This document shows, piece after piece, positions 1-10,500 of a stretch of DNA of 64,000 bases. How positions within the stretch are numbered: position 1 is the first letter of the stretch; each line of letters starts with the position of its first letter. Source of the stretch: Bacteroidetes bacterium ADurb.Bin217 (GTDB lineage Bacteria > Bacteroidota > Bacteroidia > Bacteroidales > UBA1715); the NCBI GenBank assembly GCA_002069975.1, contig MWCJ01000009.1:848-64847 (forward strand), written 5' to 3'. The notes under the pieces are model-generated. The model worked only from the letters and a program-made list of their open reading frames with translations. It was not told the DNA's origin and ran no database searches. The position numbers and the translations under genes were made by a program.

Positions 1-123
1 AGTGCTACGGAGTTCGATGTCAGTTTCGCCTGGAGTCGGGACATGTACTCCTATACTAGCTATGTGCACATACTCAACAGTAAAAAGGATTTGGGTTTTT
101 CAGTTCGTTGTGTAAGGGATTAA
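1..123 (+). CDS. C-terminal end of a FISUMP (Fibrobacter succinogenes major paralogous, TIGR02145-type) domain protein; the 5' part lies outside the window
   Basis: Frame 1 is open from base 1 to TAA 121-123. It reads SATEFDVSFAWSRDMYSYTSYVHILNSKKDLGFSVRCVRD*, and the terminal G-F-S-V-R-C-V-R-D is the typical end of FISUMP domains. Confidence 0.6.
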   Translation, partial: SATEFDVSFAWSRDMYSYTSYVHILNSKKDLGFSVRCVRD

Positions 124-160
124 AATTTATTTGATTCATTTGACTATTTGATTTATTTTT

Positions 161-240
161 ACCCTGAGCTTGTCGAAGGGTGTTTATTTCCCGCGAACCG
201 ACCAACGGGAGCTCATGAGCGATAGCGAATAACCGGACGA
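161..240 (+). repeat. Post-ORF repeat family, short member A0
   Basis: tcgaagggtgtttatt resembles tcgaaaggtgtattgtt in member C. 190-216 (cccgcgaaccgaccaacgggagctcat) matches 4064-4090 (cccacgaaccgaacaacgtgagttcat). Contains the hairpin accct...agggt at 161-181. Confidence 0.5.
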
Positions 241-290
241 TTTTTATTTTAACTTGAATAATAAATTATGAAAAAACCAACGAAACGCTA

Positions 291-430
291 ACACACGCTA
301 GGGCTCATGGCAGTGATTCTGCAAGGTGTTTTGTTCTTGTTCGCTTGCAAGTGTATAGCGGCTGACAGAACGCTGAATCACGAATTACTGCCACGAAGGC
401 ATAGTGCGGGAACGTTGGGTACAATGCGTG
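291..430 (+). repeat. Post-ORF repeat family, member A (long bulged hairpin)
   Basis: 291-347 aligns with 3976-4033 at about 84% identity by hand count. Internal pairing: tggcagt 308-314 with actgcca 387-393, and gattc 315-319 with gaatc 375-379. Ends with gttgggt at 414-420. Confidence 0.6.
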
Positions 431-484
431 AAAGATAGCATAAATGTAGAAAATTAAGAAAATGATATTATCTTTGACATTAAT

Positions 485-1270
485 ATGTGGAAAGAATTAG
501 AAATATTAAGAAAGAAATATCTTGAATCGGGATTATCTGATGCTATTGATTATGAAAAGTTTTCAATGATATCGATTATATATAATTCAACTAAGATAGA
601 AGGTTGCTCATTAACTGAAAATGATACAAAATTATTATTGGAAAATGATATAACAGCTAAAGGCAAGCCATTAACCGACCATTTAATGGTTAAAGACCAT
701 TATTCTGCATTTATGTTTTTAAAAGAGTTTGCAAAAAAGAAACAAAAGATAAGTATTGATTTTATTCAACAAGTAGCTGGCTTAGTAATGAAGAATACAG
801 GCGGTGTTGTAAATACAATGTCGGGTACTTTTGATACATCTTTAGGTGATTTGAGAAAAGCTCAAGTTTATGTTGAAAGAAAATATTTTCCAGATTTTTC
901 TAAAGTTGAGAATTTGTTGTCTAACTTAATAGCCAATGTAAATAACCGAATAGATGTTGTTTCAGGTAATGAAATATTAAAATTATCAGCTGATATTCAT
1001 TACAATTTAGTCAATATTCATCCATTTGGTGATGGAAACGGACGCACCTCAAGATTAATGATGAATTACATACAGATTTATCATCAAGAACCTTTAATAA
1101 AGATATTTACAGAAGATAGAGCGGAATATATTGATGCTTTAAATAATACTGAAAAGTTAGAGGATATATCAATATTTAGAGATTTTATATGTCAACAACA
1201 AATAAAATTCTATAAAGCTGAGATTGATAAATTTAAGCGAAAAGATAAAGGATTCTATCTGATGTTTTAA
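485..1270 (+). CDS. Fic family protein (AMPylase-type), class II with an N-terminal inhibitory helix motif
   Basis: Fic active-site motif HPFGDGNGRTSR (from 1019). Inhibitory (S/T)xxxE(G/N) motif STKIEG at 587-604. Confidence 0.85.
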   Translation: MWKELEILRKKYLESGLSDAIDYEKFSMISIIYNSTKIEGCSLTENDTKLLLENDITAKGKPLTDHLMVKDHYSAFMFLKEFAKKKQKISIDFIQQVAGLVMKNTGGVVNTMSGTFDTSLGDLRKAQVYVERKYFPDFSKVENLLSNLIANVNNRIDVVSGNEILKLSADIHYNLVNIHPFGDGNGRTSRLMMNYIQIYHQEPLIKIFTEDRAEYIDALNNTEKLEDISIFRDFICQQQIKFYKAEIDKFKRKDKGFYLMF

Positions 1271-1416
1271 AAGCACAGTGCACAACAGCAAGCAAAAAAA
1301 TAGCGGGCTGACACGTAAATATGGCGTAGTTTCTCGCTTGTAGGGTTTTTCTGCACCGTGATATGACGCTGTTCACGAATTCCGCTACTTTTCCTGCTTG
1401 CTGCACGATAGTGCTA
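1271..1416 (+). repeat. Post-ORF repeat family, diverged member B (about 145-nt bulged hairpin)
   Basis: Starts 1 nt after the Fic stop codon. Stems: agcac 1272-1276 with gtgct 1411-1415, agcaagca 1287-1294 with tgcttgct 1395-1402, tagcgg 1301-1306 with ccgcta 1382-1387. Shares tcgcttgta.gg and gacgctg..cacgaatt blocks with members A and C. Confidence 0.5.
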
Positions 1417-1462
1417 ATACAAACGTAAAATCCACGAAAATTCTTAAATTATAGATTTAAAA

Positions 1463-1875
1463 TCACTGTTGTCCGAAATAAATTTCGAGTATTATCCGAA
1501 AAGTCTTATTAATACTGAATAAGCAAAGTATTAAAAAAATATGACACTTTGTTTTTTGATTGGTCGCTATTATACAAGTATATAAAACTACCTTGATTAT
1601 ATCTCACAACATTCATTTTTTTCTTTTTTCTACAGCAAAAAAAGAAACAAAAAGTGCCGCCATGCAATACGTAATCTAAAAATATATTCGTTAATGCTGA
1701 TTTAGCAAAATGCCCATGAAAGTCCTGTAATAAACTATTAAACACAGTGTTAGGCAAGCTGCTAAATCTACGCATTAACTTCATTATTTTTAACGATTAC
1801 TTAATTGAATGGCTTTTTGGTAAATCCGGAATGTGTTATTTTTAATATTGTGAATTTTTTATCGGACAATACTGA
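1463..1875. mobile_element. MITE-like non-autonomous element with the same termini as the adjacent IS
   Basis: Left end tcactgttgtccga (1463-1476) and right end tcggacaatactga (1862-1875) are inverted copies of the IS terminal repeat. There is no credible ORF inside. Confidence 0.55.
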
Positions 1876-1882
1876 TTTTAAA

Positions 1883-3280
1883 TCACTATTGTCCGATAAA
1901 ACTACAAAATTAATTTCAAGAAATAAAACATGTCTGATATTCAGCGTATTGTAAATATCATTTTTGGTTTTTCAAAAGTAAGTTCCCCTCAAAACAACTC
2001 AAATTGCAGTTGATTTTGATAGGTTTTCTGCCAATCTTTTTCTGGATTTTCTAAGAATCTAATAAGATGAATGTAATTGAACAGATGAATCTTGCAGAAA
2101 CTAACCAGATTTGAAAAAGCCCACGACTTTTTAAGCGTTTTTTGAATCACTGTCATCAGTAAATTTGCAATTAGGGCACAATATATCTGGATTTTGATTG
2201 CATTTTCGTTCTCACCTAAAAAGTATTTCAAGGGGAAATTCTGCTTCAATTGTTTGAACAGTAATTCTATCTGCCATCTGAGTTTGTAAATTGCTGATAC
2301 CAAATCGGCTCGCATTTCAAATAAATTGGTGAGAAATTCGAATTCCCGCTTTAAAATCCTATCGTAGAACCTGATTTTACGAAGTTTTAATTTGCTTTCT
2401 ATTCCATTATCTTTTACTGCAATTTCTATAACCGTATCCTCAAGCACTCCCGAATGAATATATTCCTCTATAATATTTTCTTCGATAGTTTTATACACTG
2501 CATTATCTTTAATCCGGGTAACAAAGCCCGTTCCTGTATCGCAAAATAGCTTGAAAGCCTTGTAATTATTGTATCCCTTGTCGAAAACGTAGATGGTGTT
2601 GGGATTGGGTTTTAGCTTTTTGAGCAGAAAATGGTCATTGGTAGTAGCTTCTGTAAACCAAACCATTTTAGGTACCGTTTCGTCAACATTGATTACGGTG
2701 TGAACTTTTATGCCTCCTTTTTTCTTCCCATTTTCCGGATTCCGTCCAACGCATTTCAAAATATCCTTGAAAAGACTGATTGTGGTGCTATCGAAAATCT
2801 CTATTTGCTTGTGAATCACATCTTTTATTCGGCTGTCCGTGAAAAGATGACTATATTGTACGAGCAAACCATTGTATATTTTGCCAAAAACATCGGCTTC
2901 ACGCCGTGCATTGGCATCAGCCAACGTGCTTTTCTTGGGAATATGATTAAGCTGAAAATGCTTTGTCTTGCCTGATAATCCTAGCATTGCTCCCGATACT
3001 TCTCGTAATGATGCACACTTTGCAAACGAGCAAAACAGCATGCTTATTAGATGGTCTTTAGTGGTGAATTTCTTGATATATCGGTCAGAATTGCTCGTCT
3101 TAACAGCATTATTGATGATTTTTGAATCTATTAAAGAAATCAGCTGTCCGAAAACCGATGTTCCGAAAAAATGCGTAGTTTTGTCCATAGTAGAATAGTT
3201 TTTAGCGAACCAAATCTACTAAAAAGAGAGAAAGGAAGTTTTAGGCTTCCTTCTCTTTATTTTTTATCGGACAACAGTGA
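1883..3280 (-). mobile_element. IS4-family insertion sequence (about 1.4 kb)
   Basis: Terminal inverted repeats: tcactattgtccgataaaa (1883-1901) against the reverse complement of ttttatcggacaacagtga (3262-3280), 18 of 19 identical. They enclose a single transposase ORF. Confidence 0.8.
1989..3188 (-). CDS. IS4 family DDE transposase (DUF4372-type N-terminus plus DDE_Tnp_1-like core)
   Basis: 399-aa ORF. The N-terminus (FFGTSVFGQLISLID...KFTTKDHLISMLFCSFAKCASLREV) and the C-terminal YKLRWQIELLFKQLKQ block are typical of Bacteroidota IS4 transposases. It is bracketed by IRs. Confidence 0.85.
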   Translation of the reverse strand: MDKTTHFFGTSVFGQLISLIDSKIINNAVKTSNSDRYIKKFTTKDHLISMLFCSFAKCASLREVSGAMLGLSGKTKHFQLNHIPKKSTLADANARREADVFGKIYNGLLVQYSHLFTDSRIKDVIHKQIEIFDSTTISLFKDILKCVGRNPENGKKKGGIKVHTVINVDETVPKMVWFTEATTNDHFLLKKLKPNPNTIYVFDKGYNNYKAFKLFCDTGTGFVTRIKDNAVYKTIEENIIEEYIHSGVLEDTVIEIAVKDNGIESKLKLRKIRFYDRILKREFEFLTNLFEMRADLVSAIYKLRWQIELLFKQLKQNFPLKYFLGENENAIKIQIYCALIANLLMTVIQKTLKKSWAFSNLVSFCKIHLFNYIHLIRFLENPEKDWQKTYQNQLQFELF

Positions 3281-3918
3281 AATATAATATTGGCGAACAA
3301 TTAAACGAAAGCAACTTTCAAGATTTAACAGCATATATGTATCAGAAAATAAATAATAAACCTTTACATGCGACCATGAGTAAAGCTGGTAAGATTTTAG
3401 AAGTGAAAAACTTAGATTCTATAATTGACACATTGGTGGAAGAAAATAAGCATGTACCTAAAGAATCTAAAGAATATGCTAAAAAATGGTTAGTTGAAAG
3501 TCATTTTAATCCTAAAAGAATGAATGATAATCTTATATTAGTATATCCAGAATATCCTGTAAGTAATGGGGATACATGGACTATATTTGCTGAATTTGAA
3601 TCTGGAAATCCATCAAAAATGTCAACAGTTTATGAAATTATTGAAATAACTTCCGATTTTGCTATAATAAAAAGCTCTACAAAGTTTGAACGAATAGATG
3701 TCAATACTATTGAAAATTATTTTAGTATGCAAATAAAATTTAATGTTACTGTTACTTCGATAACAGAAATGAAAGTTGATTTACATACAGGTTGGATAAT
3801 TGATGCTAAAATATATTCAGAGCAAAATGGTGTCATGTATCTAAAGAATAGTTCTAAAGATACAAAAATAGAAAAGTTACCATATTGTGTACTTAAAGAA
3901 GTTGCGATAACTAATTAG
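3277..3918 (+). CDS. Hypothetical protein; the start is uncertain because the ORF opens inside the IS terminal repeat
   Basis: 213-aa ORF whose GTG start (3277-3279) lies within the IS right IR. The in-frame stop at 3220-3222 is inside the IS. I recognised no family motif. Confidence 0.45.
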   Translation: MKYNIGEQLNESNFQDLTAYMYQKINNKPLHATMSKAGKILEVKNLDSIIDTLVEENKHVPKESKEYAKKWLVESHFNPKRMNDNLILVYPEYPVSNGDTWTIFAEFESGNPSKMSTVYEIIEITSDFAIIKSSTKFERIDVNTIENYFSMQIKFNVTVTSITEMKVDLHTGWIIDAKIYSEQNGVMYLKNSSKDTKIEKLPYCVLKEVAITN

Positions 3919-3975
3919 CACTTAATTAATATTTCATAAACAAGAAAAAAATATAGAATAGTCTACCAGCCGACA

Positions 3976-4100
3976 ACACACGCTAAGGCCTCATGGCGGT
4001 AATTTCGAAAGGTGTATTGTTCTTGTTTGCTTGTATAGGTTTCTATCGGCTTTCAGAACGCAACCCACGAACCGAACAACGTGAGTTCATTGAAGATAAT
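3976..4100 (+). repeat. Post-ORF repeat family, member C
   Basis: 3976-4033 is about 84% identical to 291-347. 4064-4090 matches 190-216. Lies 58 nt after the stop of ORF 3277-3918. Confidence 0.6.
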
Positions 4101-4117
4101 TACTGTATTGAAAGACT

Positions 4118-4306
4118 CGCATAAGCTCCATAGGAGCGGCAGTGTGGTAGTTTGTGAGCTTATGTGTGGAACAATATAGCTCCGTAGGAGCGACATTATA
4201 AATTACGTCGAGTTGACGTTAAATACATACACAAAAAAATGTCGCCTCTCTGAGGCTTATTTTTAATTGCATGTATTCCTATACCATACTATCGCCTCTC
4301 CGAGGC
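4118..4306. repeat. REP/BIME-like cluster of short GC-rich hairpins in alternating orientation
   Basis: Hairpins: gctccataggagc 4125-4137, gctccgtaggagc 4179-4191, acgtcgagttgacgt 4205-4219, gcctctctgaggc 4244-4256, gcctctccgaggc 4294-4306. The flanks share tgyCGCyyC...GrrGCtta, with two copies reversed and two forward. Confidence 0.6.
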
Positions 4307-4540
4307 TCAAATTTAAACAAGGAGTAATTATTGTGCTGTAAAATAGATTATTATGTAAAAATATAATCTGCACATTTCAACATAGAACAATGGAATGACC
4401 TCACGGAATGTCTTTATGTTATGAGGCATTTGCAATGCAACAATATTGTGTGAAATAAAATTATTATAATTCATGAAATGATACAAAGTACCCTTCAAAT
4501 ATATCTGTTCCAAATACATCAAACGATACTGTTTTTTACC

Positions 4541-4548
4541 TACTTTTG
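4541..4548 (+). promoter_or_regulatory. Bacteroidota-type -7 promoter box (TAnnTTTG)
   Basis: TACTTTTG lies 25 nt upstream of the ATG at 4573. Confidence 0.5.
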
Positions 4549-4572
4549 TATAATTATTCAACCCTTACATAA

Positions 4573-7500
4573 ATGACAATGAGATTCGTATATCTTTTTT
4601 TATTCTTGTGTGTGTGTATACTGCCGCGAACATTTTCGCAAACCGACACACTTATATTAGACGCTTACCGCAGCAATCGAGTGATAATTTATGCAATTTC
4701 CAAACAAGATGCTTTGGATTTCTATACAATAACCGATTCTAAAAAAGAGGCTGAGAAATTGCATGCGCTCGCTCGTAATCCTATTGATACCGTGTCGGCT
4801 TCTACATTTGCCGATTATGATTTCCCCTTTGGATATTATATAAGCGAACGTATAGTAAATACGTTGTTACAATACGAACTGCATATCTCGGTGCCGTTTG
4901 ATATTAAAGTTATTAATAATCAACGCGATTTTATAGTGTTGGTGCACGACATACATGGTTCTCCAATTCTTGACGCCGAAGTTAAAATTAATAAAAGAAC
5001 GATACACCTCGACAAAAAAACAAATACTTATAGAATCCCTACTGCCAATTGTAAAGGTACCTTGTATGTTACTGTAGATGGATATACAAAATTGTACGAT
5101 GTGAAAAGGAGAAATAATAATTCTGATGTTATGCGTATTTCAAAATCTATTGTAAATGTTGTGTTACGCCCTATTCGTATAGTGCTGTATCGTACACCTA
5201 TAAAGTATGTGGCTCGTCCGGTACGGAGAATCATTACTTTTCCGTATAGAGCAGTAAAATATCCCTATATAATTACAGATTTACCGGGTAGAATAGAGAG
5301 AAATACAATGAGTTTTTATAATAAATCAAAAGATTTTGTTATAAAAACATATTACTACTTTGATATTGAAAAGGCAGAAAAAATAGCGTTAAGCCCACCT
5401 TATTACTATGAACGATATGGAAATGTTTATACAAATCATAAATCGGCTCTGCATTTCAATCAACCGAAGTATAAACTCAAAGATTCGTTATTTTGCAAAG
5501 CCTTTGTTACAAATAAAAAAGGTAAACCTATCAAATCAGACCTTAAACTATTTATTGTTACCGATGAAAATTATAGAACAAGAGTTATATCCAAACATAT
5601 AATTTCACCAACACATCCGGGTTCGTATGAGTTTAGAAAAAAATTGCAAGATACCTTGCCGCTTAAAATTGATACCGAATATACTCTTATCTTAAAGCCT
5701 AAACGAGGTCGCGAAATAATTGCCAAAAAATCGTTTTATATAGAGGAGTATAAGCTTAAAAATGTTAGGTGGAATGTTTCTTTAGATTCCGACAATGTGT
5801 ATGCCCCCGATTCTGTTCGCATTCAAATTTCAGGAACCGATGCCAACAAACAGCCTATAATGGGAGGCTCGGTACGGTATTCTGTTGCAGTTGATAAAAT
5901 AATTGATCACCTTTCTGATATTGAGTTTATTCCCAATACTGTGCTTGCCGATACCATTCAGGTGCAAACAAATGGAAAAGCCGAAATAGTTATTCCTGCT
6001 TCAAAGCTTACCCGAACAAATGCTTCTTATGCTATTTCGCTTACTATGGTTGATGTGAATAACGAATTGCATACCGAAAAAAAATATGTTAGCTATTACA
6101 ATAAACGATCGCATATAGAATATTCCAAACAGAATAATGCATTGCACGTTGTGTATATGGAAAATACAGATACTATTGAAACGCAGGCTGTTGTTACCTA
6201 TGTAGATGCGAATAACGTTCGTATACAACGCGATACTATAGTGCTTCCCGGTAAGATAGTTCCGTTGCAGTTTGCCGCAAACATTATTGTAAGTACCGGT
6301 TCGTTGAGCCGTACAATCGATTGTTCTCTCTTGCCATCGGGAGTGGAGTTTCAAGGAGCATTTGTCAATAAAAATGTTGTGTTGCAGATAGATAATGCAC
6401 GAAATCTACCCGTGTATTATGAATTATATGTAAACAAGCGAAAAATTCATCGCGATACCTGTACCCAATTGCAGTATAGCAAACGAGCAAATATTCGCAA
6501 AAACTATCTTGTGTCTATCCAATATATTTGGGCTGGTAAAGTTGTTTCCGATTTTTATTCCGTTCGCAAAAAAAGAACGGAACTTGATATTGTACAAATC
6601 AACAAAAAAAATGTGAGACCGGGCGATTCAGTCGAAATTACTTTGTTAGTCAAAAACTATAAAAATAAACCCGTAAAACATGTGGATGTTGCTTCGTGGG
6701 CAATAAGTTCAAAATTTACCGATTACGGAATTCCGCGTGGTATTCAATTCCCCGAAAAAGTGGTTAATCCACAGCAAATTAATAGTTTTAACCTTCAACA
6801 AAAACCAAAAATTGCTCAAAGTAAAGCAATGCTGCAAACTGATGTTTTTAAACAGAAACTTACCGGCATTTCTTTTTACGATTTTCGGTATCCTTACCAA
6901 AAAATTTATCGGCACGAAATTCCTACACCCGATTCGTCTACACAATTTGCACCGTATGTATTCGTTGATGGGGTGTTGCAGCCAATTTATTTTCTGTATG
7001 TAGACGAAACGCCTGTGTATTATAATTTTTGTGGTACCAATACGAATTATTCATTTGATGTTCCCAAAACTAAAACGAATAAGGTAACTATTGAAATTCG
7101 CACACACAATAAGACTATAATTCTAAAAAATGTGCAATTTACCAAAGGAAACAAAACAATTCTAAGCATAGATGGAAGCTATTGCAGAGAATGTAAAATT
7201 ACCGAAATGCCCGAGTATCTCACATATAACGAAGAACGTATTTTGCAACGTACCGTTGGAAGGATTTCGCCTCGATATAATGGGTTTACCGTGGTACAAA
7301 CAGATAACGCATTGTATAGGACTTCAGATTCAAAAAGTTTTTTTATTGGACCTGTGAATGATGGAGTTATTACTGTGCAAGATTTTACCAATAAAGTAAA
7401 CGTAAGCCTTCCATTTATGCCGCGCGACGATGTGCGTGCTCATACAAATTATGCATATATTATTAAATCTGATTTTTGGTTCCCGTATTTTGAATACACC

Positions 7501-10500
7501 AAAGAAAAAAACAAAAAACATATAGTACTAAAAAAAGATGCGTATTTACAGCCTATAACACCCTATGCGTTTAAAATTACCCGTCAAGATGTCCTTCACG
7601 ATTGGATAAATAGGTATGAGCAATCTTTGTATACAACATATAATTCTAATACAAATTATTATAAAAATCCGTATAAACTTACCTTGCTTACCGAAAAGTA
7701 TAATGCACATGCCAATAATCCTAAAATATTTAGAATAATAGTTGTAAACCTTGCCGATAGCAGTATTGTAATTGATAAAGGCTATGCGAATACGTTTAAT
7801 CTCCCCAAAACAGGTAAGCATGTTGTAATGCTTGTATTTATAGATAAAACGTATTGGGTTTCGCCTCAATTTTTGGTGCAAGAAAATGGCATTACTTATA
7901 TGCAAATACCCGATAGTTTGGCAGTGACCAAAGATTTTGATATGCTTACAAATACACAATTGTATCATTCATACTCAACGAATTCATCAACAGCTTTGCT
8001 TCCTATAGATTTATCAAAAGTAACCGGCACAACCAAAAAATATTATCAGTCCGAAAAGCTTATTCCAACCGATAATTCGTTGATAACACACGATAGTAGA
8101 AAAGCTATTAAAATTACCGGAAAAATTACTGATGAAAAAGGAGAACCACTTATTGCAGCTTCTATAGCCGAAGAAGGTACTACCAACGGCACATATTCCG
8201 ATATAGATGGATTATGGGAATTGTGGGTACATGATACTCAGGCAGTATTAGAATGTTCCTATGTTGGATTTAGAACTGAAACAATCAAGGTAGGGAAAGA
8301 AACAAATTTTTCGGTTAGTTTAAAACAAGATGCGGTTCAATTGCAGGCTATAGTGCGAGTTGGATATGCCGCAGCAAAATACGAAGATGTAACGGGTGGT
8401 ATTTCAATGGTAAGAGGGGAAGAACTTGTTTTTTCTGCAACAATGCCTGTTAATCAAGCTTTACAAGGAAAAGCCGCCGGAGTTCAAATTCGGTCAAATT
8501 CCGGAACTCCGGGGGCGGGTATGGATGTAGTTGTGCGAGGAATGGGAACTGCCGGAGATGCCAGTCCGCTCTATGTAGTAGATGGTGTGCCGGTTGGTAC
8601 CGATTGGAAAGGCGACCCAAATACAATTGAAAGTATAAGTATTTTAAAAGATGCTCCATCGGTTGCTATGTATGGTTCGCGTGGGGCAAGTGGGGTTGTA
8701 CTTATTACTACCAAAGGGGGCAATTCAGTTTCTGCTAGTTCGTTTTCGTGGAAAGATGCCGCTAAACATCCCGATGTATATGCGTCGAACCAAATACGCG
8801 AAACATTCCGCGACTATGCTTACTGGCAGCCTACTTTACGAACCGATAAATATGGTATGGTGAAGTTTACTGCTAAAATGCCCGATGATATAAATACTTG
8901 GAATACATTTGTGGTAGCTCATAGTGCAAAACGACAAAGTGGCGATTATCAATCGCAAATTATTACCGATAAACCGCTTATTGCAGAACTGTCTGTTCCC
9001 GACTTTTTAATAGAAGGCGATACGTCTATTATTCGTGGTAATACCAAAAATTATGGTGGCAGTGCGGTGTCGGTTACCAATACATTTATACATAACGGTA
9101 AGCAGTTGAGTATAAGTGATACTGTAGTTCAAACTATTATTACAAACGAACAAACTATTGTTGCTCCCCACTTAGATACATGTAAGGTGCAATTTACTAC
9201 AGCTACCAATTTTGGGTATAGCGATACCGAAATTCGTAAGATTCCCGTATTTCCACAAGGTACCAAAGAAACAGTGGGAATGTTTGCATATACACTCCGC
9301 GATACGGTGCTGTGGATAAAACCCGATACCGTAGTTGGAAATATAAAACTGCATGTGGCTGCTTCTACTCTTGATATTTACGAAAAAGAATTGATGCGAT
9401 TGCAACAGTATCCGCATGCGTGTAACGAGCAAAAAGCTTCGAAACTGATGGCTTATTTGTTATGGGAAAAAATTTGTAAAAATTCAAATCAACCGTTTAC
9501 CGGGAGAGCACAAGTTATGTCGTTAATTAAACAACTCGACGATAATAATTATGAACATTCAGGTTGGGCATGGTGGGGTAAATCCGAGCCGGTATTGTGG
9601 GTTACTCTGCATGTAATCAAATCGTTGCAATTGGCAAAAGATATGGGCTACGAGGTAAAATCGTCGCTTCATACTCCGCTCACACTTTACAAATTAGATT
9701 TGAAGAAATACTCGGTGTGGCAATCGTTAGAAATGCTGGAAATATTATATTCGGTAAGTAAGCATATTGACAAAGAATATTTGCATACGCTTGATACCTT
9801 AAAGCATATTGATGATTATTCAAAATTGCGTATCATACGATTGAAACAACTCTATGGTATGCCTTACAGCATAGATTCTGTAATTGCTAAGGCCCATGTA
9901 TCATACACCGGTGGTTCATATTGGGGCGACGAACGCTATCGGTATTCTACAGGCAATATTATACCTCAAACACTGTGTGCATATAAGATACTGCAAGCCG
10001 ATACTACCCATACATTCGATTTGCAATCGGTATTCTTTTATTTTGCCATGGAACGCAACAAAACGGGGTATTGGATGAATACCTTGGAGTCGGCTCAAAT
10101 ACTTAGCACTTTGGTGCCGTTGGCTATTATGCATGCACAACCGGTAAAACCTGCAAAACTCGTAATTCCTCACATTTCTACCCAAACCATTACTGCATTT
10201 CCCTATAGTACCGAATTTCCTGCAATTGATAGTTTTAAACTTGAGCTATCGTGCAATCGTCCGGTATACATTACCAGTTCTACCTCGTATTGGAATCCAA
10301 AGCCAAACGTAAAATCGGATTATTTTGATGTTACTTCTGCTTTTAAACGCAACAAAGAGCAGGTGCAGACACTTACTCAAGGCGAACAAGTAGAGTTGCA
10401 TGTAACTATTCGTGCCAAAAAAGATGCAGAATATGTGATGGTTGAAATTCCAATTCCGGCAGGTTGCACGTACGAATCTAAACAAAAGCAGTATTCCGAA

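Noticed and set aside
267-290. 7-codon mini-ORF (MKKPTKR*) between repeat members A0 and A
   Set aside because: It is too short to support and is probably fortuitous. It is noted only because ORF-less units occur in cassette arrays.
1509-1784. 91-aa ORF inside the MITE-like element
   Set aside because: The sequence is low-complexity and Cys/Phe/Lys-rich. The homologous relic at 61468 is interrupted after 14 codons. It lies in a non-autonomous element.
2631-3198. Two + strand ORFs (114 and 76 aa) overlapping the transposase
   Set aside because: They are antisense to a well-supported transposase gene and have no recognisable motifs.
4328-4561. 77-aa minus-strand ORF upstream of the A2M-like gene
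   Set aside because: It is AT-rich and low-complexity and overlaps the A2M promoter region. There is no motif or coding periodicity evident.
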